Assembly: GCA_963805975.1 (NCBI GenBank)
Contig: CAWDVR010000003.1
Span: 32,001-96,000 of the forward strand
DNA length: 64,000 nt
DNA from: an uncultured Acidobacteriota bacterium
GTDB taxonomy: Bacteria > Acidobacteriota > Thermoanaerobaculia > Multivoradales > SZUA-115
Reading direction: 5' to 3'
How positions within the stretch are numbered: position 1 is the stretch's first letter; every line of letters begins with the position of its first letter. The translations under genes were made by a program, and so were the position numbers. The notes beneath the pieces were generated by a model. The model was not told where the DNA came from, did not search any database, and saw only the letters and a list, made by a program, of their open reading frames with translations. Positions 42,821-56,292 of the stretch are shown in pieces.

Positions 42821-43669
42821 CTACCCCTTCAAATTCCGGGCGAGGAACTCGAGCGTCTTCCTCCACGCGTCTTTGGCCGCGTCTTCCTTGTAGCGGGTGC
42901 CGGAGGGGTTGGCGAAGGCATGGTTGGCGCCTTCGTAGACGTGGATCTCGACCTTCTTGCCCAGGTTCTTCATGGCGGCCTCGAACTCGCGCACCGAGGC
43001 CACGGGGATGCCCTGGTCCTCACTGCCGAACAGGCCGAGCACCGGCATGGCGAGCGGCTTGAGCTTCTCGGGATCGGTGACCAGCCGGCCGTAGTAGATG
43101 ACCGCGGCGTCGATCTGGTCCGGCAGCAGGAGCGCGGTGGCGAGCGCCCAGCCGCCGCCGAAGCACCAGCCGATGACACCGATCTTCTTGGCGCCGTTCT
43201 TCTCGAGAAAGGCGTACGCCTGCCGCAGGTTGTCTTGGACCTTCTCACTGCGCTCGCCGGCCGCGGCCGTGAGCTTGCGGGCAGCCTCGGAGTCGGCGGC
43301 CTTCTGGCCTTCGTAGAGATCGACGGCGAGGGCCGTGTAGCCCTCACCCGCGAGCTGGCGGGCCACGGACTCGACGTTCTCGTTCAAGCCCCACCACTCG
43401 TGGATGACGATCACGGCCGGGGCGCCGGCCGCCGCCTCCTTGGGCTTGGCCAGGTAGCCCTCGATGGCCTTACCGTCGATCGTGGCGTAGGCCACGCGGC
43501 TCCCTTCCACCGGGGTGGCGGGCTCGGCCGCCGCGGCGGGGCTCGCCGCCGGGGTGTCCCCGGCGTGCTCGTGGGCCATCTGGGCGGCATAGCCTTGGTC
43601 GGAGCCGGCGGCGGCTGCGGGCAGGGCCAGAAAGACCATCAGACTCGAAAGAAGGATACGGTGGGTCAT
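42821..43669 (-). CDS. Secreted dienelactone hydrolase family protein
   Basis: IHEWWGLN, GWCFGG, YEGANHAFAN; signal peptide. Confidence 0.9.
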   Translation of the reverse strand: MTHRILLSSLMVFLALPAAAAGSDQGYAAQMAHEHAGDTPAASPAAAAEPATPVEGSRVAYATIDGKAIEGYLAKPKEAAAGAPAVIVIHEWWGLNENVESVARQLAGEGYTALAVDLYEGQKAADSEAARKLTAAAGERSEKVQDNLRQAYAFLEKNGAKKIGVIGWCFGGGWALATALLLPDQIDAAVIYYGRLVTDPEKLKPLAMPVLGLFGSEDQGIPVASVREFEAAMKNLGKKVEIHVYEGANHAFANPSGTRYKEDAAKDAWRKTLEFLARNLKG

Positions 43670-43697
43670 CGGCGGGCTCCCCTGGGATAGCGCGGAA

Positions 43698-43832
43698 GGA
43701 CGCAAGTCGTGCGCCCCTGCCGCGGATCGTGGTCGGATCGGGCGCATCGCGACGCGCCCCCCACGGCAGGATAAACTATCGGTTCACCGCAGAGGCCCGG
43801 CGTCTCGTGGCAGGGGCGCACGGCGTGCGCCC
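43698..43832. repeat. Divergent pair of GCAG/GTAG-type REP hairpins
   Basis: GCAGGGGCGCACGACTTGCGTCC (minus, 43698-43720) and GCAGGGGCGCACGGCGTGCGCCC (plus, 43810-43832). Confidence 0.6.
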
Positions 43833-43894
43833 TTCCGGCCCCCGAAAGACCAGCCCGCGGCCCGTGAGGCGACCCAGAGAGAGCGAGCGACAGT

Positions 43895-45694
<1,800 letters not shown>

Positions 45695-45696
45695 CC

Positions 45697-46422
45697 GTGG
45701 AAGCATCTGCCGCGACGCGGGAGCCCTCCTCCGCCGTCGATCTCGCCCTGCTGGCGGAGTTCCCCCTCTTCGCCGAGCTGCCGGCCGCGGACCTGGCGCG
45801 GCTGGTGCAGCTCTTCCGCCGCCGCCAGCTCGCTCCCGGTGCGGTGCTCATCGCCGCGGAGCAGCCCGGCGAGGCGATCTACGTGCTGTACTCGGGAACG
45901 GTCAAGATCGTCGCCGAGATGGCGGACGGCAAGCAGGTGATCCTCGCCTTCCTGGGCGTCGGCGACACGGTGGGGGAGATGTCGCTCCTGGACAGCGCCG
46001 GCCGTTCGGCGACGGTGGTGGCGCTCGAGCCCTGCACCGTGCTCGCCATGGACCGCGCGGCCTTCAACTCCTGCCTCTCGACCATGCCGCGGATGACGTA
46101 CAACCTGGTCCGGCTCCTGTCCTCGCGCCTGCGCCTGGCCAACGCCCAGATCCAGTCGCTCTCGACCCTCGACGTCGCCGGCCGGCTGGCGCGCCAGCTC
46201 CTCGCCTTCGCCGAGCGTCACGGGCGGCCGGTGGCCGGCGAGCCGGGCGTGTCGATCGGCCTGCGCCTCACCCAGACCGACCTGGCCGAGCTGGTCGGCG
46301 CATCGCGCGAGCGCGTCAACCAGGTGATGGGCGACTTGAAGACGCGCGGTCTCCTCTCCACCGATTCGGCCCACCGCGTCCACGTCCACGACCTCGCCGG
46401 CCTGCGGGCGCTGGTGGGATAG
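45697..46422 (+). CDS. Crp/Fnr family transcriptional regulator
   Basis: VGEMSLLDSAGRSATV cNMP pocket; LTQTDLAELVGASRERVN HTH. Confidence 0.9.
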   Translation: MEASAATREPSSAVDLALLAEFPLFAELPAADLARLVQLFRRRQLAPGAVLIAAEQPGEAIYVLYSGTVKIVAEMADGKQVILAFLGVGDTVGEMSLLDSAGRSATVVALEPCTVLAMDRAAFNSCLSTMPRMTYNLVRLLSSRLRLANAQIQSLSTLDVAGRLARQLLAFAERHGRPVAGEPGVSIGLRLTQTDLAELVGASRERVNQVMGDLKTRGLLSTDSAHRVHVHDLAGLRALVG

Positions 46423-46432
46423 GGAGGAAGCC

Positions 46433-47104
46433 ATGAGTGCCACCGAGCCGACCCGCCGCCGCGTCCACCGCTACGAAGGCGAGAGCGTGACCGTGCTCTA
46501 CGAGCTCAAGCGCTGCATTCACGCCGGTGCCTGCGCCGGCGGCCTTCCCGAGGTGTTCCGGCCGCGCGAGACGCCGTGGATCCGGCCGGACGCGGCGGGC
46601 GAGGGAGCGCTCCTCGCCACCGTCCTGGCCTGCCCGACCGGCGCGCTCAGGGCCGAGCGCCGAGATGGTACTCCGATCGAGCTGGCGCCGGCCGAGAACG
46701 TGGTCGAGCTCTGCCCGGACGGCCCTTTCTACGCCCGCGGCAACCTCGAGATCCTGGACGCGGACGGCGCGCTGATCACGGCCGAGACCCGGGTCGCCCT
46801 CTGCCGCTGCGGCGCCTCGGCCACCAAGCCTTTCTGCGACGGTGCGCACGCCAAGGTCGAGTTCACCGAGCCCGGCGTGCCGCAGGCGGTGACGCTGCGC
46901 GACGACCCGGCCCTGGCCGAGACGCGGGTGCTGCGCATCACCGTGCGGCCGAACGGCCCGCTGCTCCTCGAAGGCCCGGTCAAGATCCTCGCCGCGGACG
47001 GCTCGGTCTGCGCCCAAGGGACCCGCGGCGCCCTCTGCCGCTGCGGCCTCTCGGGCAAGAAGCCGCTCTGCGACGGCAGCCACAAGGAGCGGTTCGTGGC
47101 GTAG
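46433..47104 (+). CDS. CDGSH iron-sulfur protein with N-terminal divergent 4Fe-4S domain
   Basis: CIHAGAC...CPTGAL; CRCGASATKPFCDGAH; CRCGLSGKKPLCDGSH. Confidence 0.92.
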   Translation: MSATEPTRRRVHRYEGESVTVLYELKRCIHAGACAGGLPEVFRPRETPWIRPDAAGEGALLATVLACPTGALRAERRDGTPIELAPAENVVELCPDGPFYARGNLEILDADGALITAETRVALCRCGASATKPFCDGAHAKVEFTEPGVPQAVTLRDDPALAETRVLRITVRPNGPLLLEGPVKILAADGSVCAQGTRGALCRCGLSGKKPLCDGSHKERFVA

Positions 47105-47113
47105 GGAGAAACC

Positions 47114-48772
<1,659 letters not shown>

Positions 48773-48849
48773 GGTATCTCCGTGGAAAGTTGCTGCCGGC
48801 GCGGCACCGGGCCGCGGCTGGGGAGGGGGATTCTCCCACGACCTCGGCT

Positions 48850-49268
48850 TCAGGAGGCAGTCTTGAAGTTGAAGCGACCCTGAGACTCCTGCTTGAGCTG
48901 TTTGAGGCTGAGCATCATGTCGTTGGCCAGTTGCCCCTTCCAGATGAAGAGGACGCCCTTGTCGGTCTTGCCGGTCTGAGGATCGAGGACCAGGGTGTCG
49001 CCGAAGCGGTTCTCGCCGATCGATTCGCAGAGCTGGGCTCGACCTGGAGCAGCTTCGATCGAGCGGCCTGGCCGGGGCCGGTTGGTGCCAGGTTTCTTCC
49101 TGAAGGCGTGGCAGGCTGCACCGCCGGGCTCCGAGGCAGCCCGCGCGTGGCGGTGATCGCGGCGGCGACATGAGAAACGGGCGAGCGCTTGTCTGGACTG
49201 CCCCGCGCCAATGTTGCCTGGATCACCCGCGCCACGTGCGGCGCCGTCTTCTTCGGACCTCCCTGCAT
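48850..49268 (-). pseudogene. Possible frameshifted or internally deleted hypothetical gene
   Basis: AGGAG RBS and ATG 49268 ([17 protein letters not shown]...); a protein-like C-terminus ([27 protein letters not shown]...) lies in another frame. Confidence 0.35.
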
Positions 49269-49339
49269 CGGAATCGTCTCCTGCCCCTTCGTTCCAACGC
49301 CAGATTTCACCACGAAACTGATGTGCTACCATCTGATGC

Positions 49340-49582
49340 GTGCGCACCACCCTGGACATCGCGGACGATGTACTGATGGCGGTCAAGGAACGGGCACGCC
49401 GTGAGCGGCGAAGCGCGGGCGAGATTCTCTCGGACATCGCCCGCGAGGGGCTGACGCACAGGACTCGGGCTGCCACGGTCTCCCAAACCTCCGGCTTCTT
49501 CGGGTTCGAGCCGCTGCCACCGCGCGGTGCGGCGGTCTCCAACGCCTGGATCGACAAGCTCCGCGAAGAAGACGCCGAGTGA
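49340..49582 (+). CDS. vapB: VapB-type antitoxin (RHH)
   Basis: MRTTLDIADDVL; overlaps the PIN gene. Confidence 0.85.
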   Translation: MRTTLDIADDVLMAVKERARRERRSAGEILSDIAREGLTHRTRAATVSQTSGFFGFEPLPPRGAAVSNAWIDKLREEDAE

Positions 49583-50010
49583 TGCGCGCCCTCCTCGACG
49601 TCAATGTCCTCCTGGCGCTGCTCGATGCCGACCATGTGGACCACGCGAGAGCGCGGGAGTGGATCTCCCGCGAGATCCGATACGGCTGGGCGTCCTGCGC
49701 TCTGACGCAGAACGGCTTCGTCCGGGTCATCAGTCAAGCCCGCTATCCGAGCCCGGTCTCTCCTTTCGAGGCGGTGGAACGGCTGCGCCGGGCGACCGGC
49801 ACCGAGCACCACGAGTTCTGGTCCTGCTCCGTCAGCCTGCTCGAGAGCAAGCGCGTGAACGCCAGCCACGTCCACGGGCCCCGCCAGGTCACAGATGTCT
49901 ATCTGCTGGCTCTTGCCGTCGAAAAGGGCGGCAGGTTTGTGACCTTCGATGCTTCTATCCCTCGGTCGGCCGCTCCCGGCGCCGCCCCGCAGCAGCTCGT
50001 CGTGCTGTAG
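49579..50010 (+). CDS. vapC: VapC PIN-domain ribonuclease toxin
   Basis: LLDVNVLLAL, TQNGFVR, VTDVYLLALA, FVTFD. Confidence 0.9.
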   Translation: MMRALLDVNVLLALLDADHVDHARAREWISREIRYGWASCALTQNGFVRVISQARYPSPVSPFEAVERLRRATGTEHHEFWSCSVSLLESKRVNASHVHGPRQVTDVYLLALAVEKGGRFVTFDASIPRSAAPGAAPQQLVVL

Positions 50011-50017
50011 GCCGGCA

Positions 50018-50515
50018 TCACAGCACCCACTCGAAGTACACCAGCGGTACGCTGCGGTAGGTCACGCGGCCGACTTCCCGGAACCCGCACTGGGCGTAGA
50101 AGCCGCCGGCCCCCGCCGCGTGGTCGTAGGCGTCGAGCCGGATGGCGTCGCCGGGCCAGGCTCTCGCGACTGCGAGCGCCTCGTCCAGCAGGCGCCGGCC
50201 GATGCCCTGCCGCTGGAGCGCAGGCTCCACGGCCATGTCGAGGAGGTAGAGCGGCTTTCGCACGGCGGTGAAATAGGCCGGGTCGATGGCCCAAGGCTTC
50301 TTGGTGACCAGGCGCAGCTTGCCGACGATGCGCGAGCCGTCGCGGGCCACGAGCACGCGCGAGGCCTCGAGCGAGCGCACCACTCGTTCCTCCGCGGGCG
50401 AAGAGGACCAGTGCCCTCGGCCGTGCTCACGGGTCAGGCGCTCGGAGGCGGCAGTCTGCAGCGCTACTAGAGCCGCGGCATCGGCGGCCTTGGCCTGCCC
50501 GAAGGTCAGCTCCAT
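50018..50515 (-). CDS. GNAT N-acetyltransferase
   Basis: MAVEPALQRQGIGRRLL, AGGFYAQCGF. Confidence 0.9.
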   Translation of the reverse strand: MELTFGQAKAADAAALVALQTAASERLTREHGRGHWSSSPAEERVVRSLEASRVLVARDGSRIVGKLRLVTKKPWAIDPAYFTAVRKPLYLLDMAVEPALQRQGIGRRLLDEALAVARAWPGDAIRLDAYDHAAGAGGFYAQCGFREVGRVTYRSVPLVYFEWVL

Positions 50516-50579
50516 GGATGCATGGTAGCAATCCGGCGGCGGGCCGGGCGCTCACGCCACCGTGTTATAACCGCCGGCC

Positions 50580-52592
50580 GTGCGCACCAAGCCCCGCCTT
50601 GCCGCCGCGGCCCGCCGCAACCGGCGCCCACTGCTGCCTGTTCTCCTCGCCGTGGCGGCGTTCGCGGCGATCCTCTGGTTCGCCTGGGGGCGGCTCCGGC
50701 GGCCGGCCGAGTTGCCGGCGCCGAAGCCCGTGGCCACCATCGCCGGCGCTGCGGTCGTGGGCCGGCCGGTGATCTTCCTGGGTCTCGACGGCGCGGACTG
50801 GGAGCTGCTCGACGCCTACGCCTCGTCGGGAGCCATGCCGGCGCTCGCGGGGCTCCTGGCCGAGGGCCGCGCGGGCGTCCTCACCTCGTTCGAGCCGCCG
50901 CTCTCGCCCCTCCTGTGGACGACGATGATGACCGGCGTCTCGCCCATCGAGCACGGCATCCTGGACTTCACCCGCTTCGATCCCGCGAGCGGTGCCCGCG
51001 AGCCCATCGGCAGCGAGGATCGCCGGGTGCCGGCGCTGTGGAACATGGCCACCGCGGCGGGCAAGAGCGTGGCCGTCTTCGGTCTCTGGGCCACCTGGCC
51101 GGCCGAGCCGGTGCGCGGCCTGCTGGTCTCGGACCGCCTGGTCTCGGCCGCGACCACCGCCGCGCCGCCGCCCGGCGCCGTCTATCCGCCCGCGCGGGAG
51201 GCCTGGGCGCGCGAGACTCTGGCCGGGGTCGAGCGCGGTCTCGACCGTGCGGCGCTCACCACCTACCTGCCGTGGCTGGGCGAGGCCGATTTCCAGGCAG
51301 CCTTGGCCGAGCCGGAGCCGCTGGCCCAGCCGGTCTCGGGCCTGCGGCGCATCCTGCTCGAGACGCGGGCGGTGCACCGCATGGCCATGGACTGGCTGGC
51401 GAAGGAAGACACGGACCTCGCGGTGGTCTACTTCCAGGGCACGGACCTGGTGGGCCACCTCTTCGCGCCCTTCGCACCGCCCCGCCAGGCCTCGGTTCGC
51501 GAGGAGGACTTCGTGCGCTTCCAGGCGGTGCCCGAGCTGTACTTCCGCGAGATCGACCGCTACCTGGCCGAGTACCGCGACCTGGCACGCGAGAAAGGCG
51601 CCGTGCTGGTGATCGCCTCCGACCACGGCTTCCAGTGGCGGGAAGGGCGACCCCGGGCGCTTCAGAGCACGGCGGCGGCCACGGCCGGCAAATGGCACCG
51701 GCGCGAAGGCGTGTCGCTGGTCTGGGGGCCTGGGATCGAGCCCGGCCCACGCGAGGAGGCCGGCGTCGAGCGTCTGTGCGCCACCCTCGCCGCGCTGGCC
51801 GGGCTGCCGCCGGGAGCCGGGCTCTACGGGCCGCCGCTTCCCGGGGTCGAGCCCACCGGTGCCGCCGAGGTCGACTACCGGCTCGCCTGGCGGCCGGCGG
51901 AGAGACCGGCGCCGCGCGGCGCGACAGAGCTCGACGAGGCCGCGTTGGCCCGGCTCCAGGCCCTGGGCTACATCGGCGCCGGCGAGACCACGCCGGCGGC
52001 GGCCTCGGCTGCCGCGGACGCGAGCCGCACTCCCGGCTCCTTCAACAACGAGGGCCTGGTGCTCCGCGGCCGCCGGGAGCCGGAGCGGGCAGAGCAGGCC
52101 TTCGAGCGCGCCCTGGCGCTCGATCCGGCCTATGCCTCCGCGATGTGGAACCTCTCCGATCTGCTCTTCTCGGCAGGACGGGACCGCGAGCGCGCCGACT
52201 CTCTGCTGCTCGCCGCGGTGACGGCCGGCCTGCCGCAGGGCGCCGAGCACGTGGTGGGCCGCGCCCGCGGCTGGCGCGCGCTCGGCGCCGGCGAGCGCGG
52301 CACGGCGCTCCTCGACCAGGCGCTCGCGGCGCAGCCCAACGACCCCGTCCTGCGGCTGTGGCGCGGGCGCTACCGGCTCGAATTGCCGGACTGCCCCGGC
52401 GCGCTCGCCGACTTCGTGCAGGTGGCGGCCCTGGCACCGGACGATCCCATGACCCAGGCCTCCCTGGGCCTGGCGCGCGCCTGCCTCGGCGATGCGGCCG
52501 GCGCCAAGGCGGCGCTGGTGCGCTCGCTGCTGCTCGATCCCGACCAGCCCGAGGTGCGGGAGTTCCTGGGGTCGATCGGCGATTCGCCGTAG
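50580..52592 (+). CDS. Alkaline-phosphatase-superfamily (NPP-type) protein with TPRs, membrane anchored
   Basis: GLDGADW, SPLLWTTMMTG, HGILDF, SDHGF, LQALGYI, TPRs. Confidence 0.88.
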   Translation: MRTKPRLAAAARRNRRPLLPVLLAVAAFAAILWFAWGRLRRPAELPAPKPVATIAGAAVVGRPVIFLGLDGADWELLDAYASSGAMPALAGLLAEGRAGVLTSFEPPLSPLLWTTMMTGVSPIEHGILDFTRFDPASGAREPIGSEDRRVPALWNMATAAGKSVAVFGLWATWPAEPVRGLLVSDRLVSAATTAAPPPGAVYPPAREAWARETLAGVERGLDRAALTTYLPWLGEADFQAALAEPEPLAQPVSGLRRILLETRAVHRMAMDWLAKEDTDLAVVYFQGTDLVGHLFAPFAPPRQASVREEDFVRFQAVPELYFREIDRYLAEYRDLAREKGAVLVIASDHGFQWREGRPRALQSTAAATAGKWHRREGVSLVWGPGIEPGPREEAGVERLCATLAALAGLPPGAGLYGPPLPGVEPTGAAEVDYRLAWRPAERPAPRGATELDEAALARLQALGYIGAGETTPAAASAAADASRTPGSFNNEGLVLRGRREPERAEQAFERALALDPAYASAMWNLSDLLFSAGRDRERADSLLLAAVTAGLPQGAEHVVGRARGWRALGAGERGTALLDQALAAQPNDPVLRLWRGRYRLELPDCPGALADFVQVAALAPDDPMTQASLGLARACLGDAAGAKAALVRSLLLDPDQPEVREFLGSIGDSP

Positions 52593-52614
52593 GGGCAGGC
52601 CTTGTGCCTGCCCT
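52589..52614 (+). repeat. GTAG-type REP hairpin
   Basis: GTAGGGGCAGGCCTTGTGCCTGCCCT overlapping the TAG stop codon. Confidence 0.65.
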
Positions 52615-52673
52615 GCCTTCCAGTCGCCGTAGTACACTGCCGGCAGTTACAGCGCTGTCCCTTGGAGGAGCCT

Positions 52674-55484
52674 ATGAGGCCTGTTCGCGAGTCGTTTCTC
52701 GTCTCGTTGTTGCTGGCAGTGTGCGCGATTCCGGCGCTCGCCCAGACCACCGGCGGCATCGTCGGCCGGGTGACCGACGAGCAGCAGGGCCTGCTGCCCG
52801 GGGTCACCGTCGAGGCCTCGAGCCCGGCGCTGCAGGGCACCCGCGTCACCACCACCGACGCCACCGGCACCTACCGGCTCACCCTGCTCCCTCCCGGCAG
52901 CTACGAGGTCAGCGTCAGCCTCGAGGGATTCGCGACCGCCCGGCAGGAAACCGTCGCGGTGGCGCTCGACCGGGAGACCACGCTCAACGTGGAGCTCAGG
53001 CCCGCGGCGAGCGAGGAGATCACGGTCACCGGCACCGTGCCGGTGATCGACACCAACTCGACCGCGCTCGGCACCAACCTCGACACCCTGGCCATCGAGA
53101 CCCTGCCCACCGCCCGCAACTACGCCGCGCTGGTGCAGATCGCGCCCGGTACCTCCTCCGACGCCAACCCCGAGAACCGCGGCCAGACGACGATCACCGT
53201 CTACGGCTCGACCGGCGCCGAGAACGTCTATTTCATCGACGGGGTCAACACCACCGGCGTCGAGTACGGCTTCCAGGGCAAGGAGCTGAACTTCGAGTTC
53301 ATCGAGGCGCTCGACGTCAAGACCGGCGGCTACGAGGCGGAGTTCGGCAAGTCGACCGGCGGCATCATCAACGTCATCACCAAGTCCGGCGGCAACGACT
53401 TTCACGGCGACGTCTTCGGCTATTACGACGGTGACTCGGTGCAGCGCAACTCCGAGGACGTGGTCTCGACCGGCGGCACGGTCGAGGGCTTCACCCGCGA
53501 GGACTACGGCTTCGACGTGGGCGGCTACGTGCTCCGCGACAAGCTGTGGTTCTTCGCCGCCTACGACCTGGTGAGCCACTCGACCGACAGCCGCCTGCCC
53601 GCCGGCCCGCGCGCCGGCGAGATCGCCACCTCGGAGAGCGACCGCGACCTCGGCGCCCTGAAGCTCACCTACAACCTCGCCCAGGGCCAGTCGCTCATCG
53701 GCTCCTTCTTCCAGGACCCGCGCGAGGACACCGGCGCCATCAACGACGCCAACCACTCGCTGAACGGCGACCCCCTGACCTACACCGGCCGGCAGGACTT
53801 CGGCGGCAAGGACTTCGCCCTGCGCTACGAGGGCATCTTCGGCTCGCGCTGGGTGGTCTCGGCGCAGGCGGCGCGCCACGAGGAGGAGAACTCGGTCGCC
53901 CCGGCGACCGGCGCCGGCGACGTGGTGCAGTTCCGCGACGTAGCGGGCAACTTCTTCCAGACCGGCGGCTTCGGTCTGATCCAGACCAAGGAGTTCCAGC
54001 GCGACTTCTACGGCGCCTCGGCCACCCACTACCTCGCCGGCCACGAGATCAAGCTGGGCGTCGAGCTCGAGGACCAGGACGCCACCGTCACCAAGCGCAT
54101 GTCCGGCGGCCAGCAGGTGGACGTGTTCGCGAACGAGGCCAACCCGGCGCGCCCGGTCTACCGCCATTTCTACTGGACGACGCCGGACGCCACGATCGGC
54201 AACGCGCCGGTCTCGGCGCTGGTGGCCTCGCCGTCGCACGAGAACACCACCGTCTTCCTCCAGGACAAGTGGGCGATCCGCCCCGGCTTCACGCTCTCCT
54301 ACGGCGTGCGCTGGGACCGCCAGCAGATCTTCGACGCCTCGGGTACCCAGCAGATCGACTTGAAGGACGACTACGCGCCGCGCCTGGGCTTCATCTGGGA
54401 CCCGGCGGCAAACGGCAGCTCCAGGGTCTTCGGCTCCTACGGGCGCTTCTACGAGCAGCTCCCGATGGACCTCGTGATCCGCTCCTACTCCTACGAGCGG
54501 CAGCCGCGCATCTTCAACTTCGATCCCTCTTCGACCACGCCCGATCCCCAGGCGGAGGCCGACATCGGCACCGAGTCGGCCATCCTGGGCGGCCTCTCGA
54601 CCCCTGCCGACCCGGACCTCGAGAGCCAGTACATCACCGAGGCCCTCCTCGGCTACGAGCGTCAGGTGCTGCCGGACCTCGCGGTCGGCGTCAAGGGCAT
54701 CTTCCGCGAGTACGGCCAGGTGATCGAGGACTTCCTCTGTGCCGACGACGGCACCTACTGCATCGGCAACCCCGGCGAGGGCCTGATGAGCCGCGTCTTC
54801 ACGCTCGACTACTCGCGAACTCTCCCGGCACCCAAGGCGAAGCGGGAGTTCAAGGGCGTCGAGCTCACCGCCAACAAGCGGTTCTCGAAGAGCTGGCAGG
54901 GGCTCGCGTCCTACGTCTACTCGAAGCTCGAGGGCAACTTCGACGGCCTGTACGCGCCGTTCACCAACGTCGGCGCCGACCCCAACATCACCGCCGCCTA
55001 CGACTACTTCGACTTCTTCACCAACGGCAGCGACCTCTCGCGCACCACCAACACCGGCCCGCTGTCGAACGACCGCCACCATCAGCTCAAGGTCTCGGGC
55101 GTGTACCTGACGCCGTTCAAGCTCTCGATCGGCGCCGCCGCCTACTACAAGAGCGGCACGCCCTTCACTCGCTACGGCTTCTCGGACGCCTACGGCCGCT
55201 ACGAGTTCTTCCTCTCGAAGCGCGGCGGCGAAGGCCGCATGCCGTCGATCTACGAGGCCGACGTTCACCTCGGCTATCCGCTCTCGATCGGTCCCACCAA
55301 GGTGAACCTGCTGCTCGACGTCTTCAACCTCCTGGACGCCCAGCGCGCCATCCTCCTCGACCAGCGCTACGGCTTCCAGGAGGCGGACAACTCCTCACCC
55401 ACCCCCGTCAACCCCGGCTACAAGAAGCCGGTCCTCCGCACACCACCGACCACGGTGCGGCTGGGGGTCAGGGTGAGCTGGTAG
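52674..55484 (+). CDS. TonB-dependent receptor (Oar-like, N-terminal carboxypeptidase-regulatory domain)
   Basis: GGAGGAG RBS; GRVTDEQQGLLPGVTV; AEFGKSTGGIINVITKSGGN plug; C-terminal RLGVRVSW. Confidence 0.95.
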   Translation: MRPVRESFLVSLLLAVCAIPALAQTTGGIVGRVTDEQQGLLPGVTVEASSPALQGTRVTTTDATGTYRLTLLPPGSYEVSVSLEGFATARQETVAVALDRETTLNVELRPAASEEITVTGTVPVIDTNSTALGTNLDTLAIETLPTARNYAALVQIAPGTSSDANPENRGQTTITVYGSTGAENVYFIDGVNTTGVEYGFQGKELNFEFIEALDVKTGGYEAEFGKSTGGIINVITKSGGNDFHGDVFGYYDGDSVQRNSEDVVSTGGTVEGFTREDYGFDVGGYVLRDKLWFFAAYDLVSHSTDSRLPAGPRAGEIATSESDRDLGALKLTYNLAQGQSLIGSFFQDPREDTGAINDANHSLNGDPLTYTGRQDFGGKDFALRYEGIFGSRWVVSAQAARHEEENSVAPATGAGDVVQFRDVAGNFFQTGGFGLIQTKEFQRDFYGASATHYLAGHEIKLGVELEDQDATVTKRMSGGQQVDVFANEANPARPVYRHFYWTTPDATIGNAPVSALVASPSHENTTVFLQDKWAIRPGFTLSYGVRWDRQQIFDASGTQQIDLKDDYAPRLGFIWDPAANGSSRVFGSYGRFYEQLPMDLVIRSYSYERQPRIFNFDPSSTTPDPQAEADIGTESAILGGLSTPADPDLESQYITEALLGYERQVLPDLAVGVKGIFREYGQVIEDFLCADDGTYCIGNPGEGLMSRVFTLDYSRTLPAPKAKREFKGVELTANKRFSKSWQGLASYVYSKLEGNFDGLYAPFTNVGADPNITAAYDYFDFFTNGSDLSRTTNTGPLSNDRHHQLKVSGVYLTPFKLSIGAAAYYKSGTPFTRYGFSDAYGRYEFFLSKRGGEGRMPSIYEADVHLGYPLSIGPTKVNLLLDVFNLLDAQRAILLDQRYGFQEADNSSPTPVNPGYKKPVLRTPPTTVRLGVRVSW

Positions 55485-55553
55485 GGGAGTAATGCTGGTA
55501 AAGGAGACCATCCCGACGTGCGAGACGAGGCTCCAGCGGCGTGACTGGACCCA

Positions 55554-55964
55554 TCAACCCTGAGGACGCGCCAGCCTGACCTGGATCCCGACATCGAGAG
55601 TCTGCCATGCGCGGTCGGCGGTGAGAGCGGGCAGATCCAGCCTCTGAGCCAGCGCCAGGCAGGCGCGATCCCCAAGAGATAGGCCGAGGGCGCGGGTCCG
55701 CGGGCGGAGATCGGCGGCCGCCGCCGCAGCGTCCTCGTCGAAGGGGACGATCTGGAGGAGCACCCCCAGGACTCCGCGCTCGAGAAGCTCGTCCGTGATC
55801 TGGTCGCCCGAGACGCCGAGGTCGACGAACTTGGTGAGCATCTCGCTCCAGTTGACGGCGCTGATCCAGGTTCCACTCGCCAAGGCGCTGGACACGATCT
55901 CCGCTCCAGGCTCGTCCTTGAGAAACACGATAAGCGCCGACGCATCGAGGACGCATTCACTCAT
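55554..55964 (-). CDS. vapC: VapC PIN-domain toxin
   Basis: VLDASAL, SAVNWSE, GLSLGDRACLALA, LTADRAW. Confidence 0.9.
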   Translation of the reverse strand: MSECVLDASALIVFLKDEPGAEIVSSALASGTWISAVNWSEMLTKFVDLGVSGDQITDELLERGVLGVLLQIVPFDEDAAAAAADLRPRTRALGLSLGDRACLALAQRLDLPALTADRAWQTLDVGIQVRLARPQG

Positions 55965-56220
55965 GCCGCGCTTCCTCACGCCGCTCCGCGATCAGCTCAT
56001 CCGCCAGGGAACGACCGGGAGCGATGTCTCGCCAGAGGCCGCGAGCACTGTCGGCCACGTCGCGGGCAGTGCTGAGCCGGAGCACTCCAGACGACTCAAC
56101 TGTCAGCAGGAAGCGATGACCCTCGCGCAGATCGAGGTGCTTTCGCACGCTGGCCGGTAGCACGAGGCGTCCTCGAGCGGCAAGCTCGATCGCGTGGGCT
56201 TTTCTGGTTACGTGGGACAT
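55957..56220 (-). CDS. AbrB/MazE-type antitoxin
   Basis: GRLVLPASVRKHLDLREG; SLADELIAERREEA. Confidence 0.88.
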   Translation of the reverse strand: MSHVTRKAHAIELAARGRLVLPASVRKHLDLREGHRFLLTVESSGVLRLSTARDVADSARGLWRDIAPGRSLADELIAERREEARHE

Positions 56221-56292
56221 GGCAATAGATTGCCACAGGCGCGAGCAGTGGGCAAGTCAACGGGAGGCGTCCCAGCCTACTAAGATCCATGA

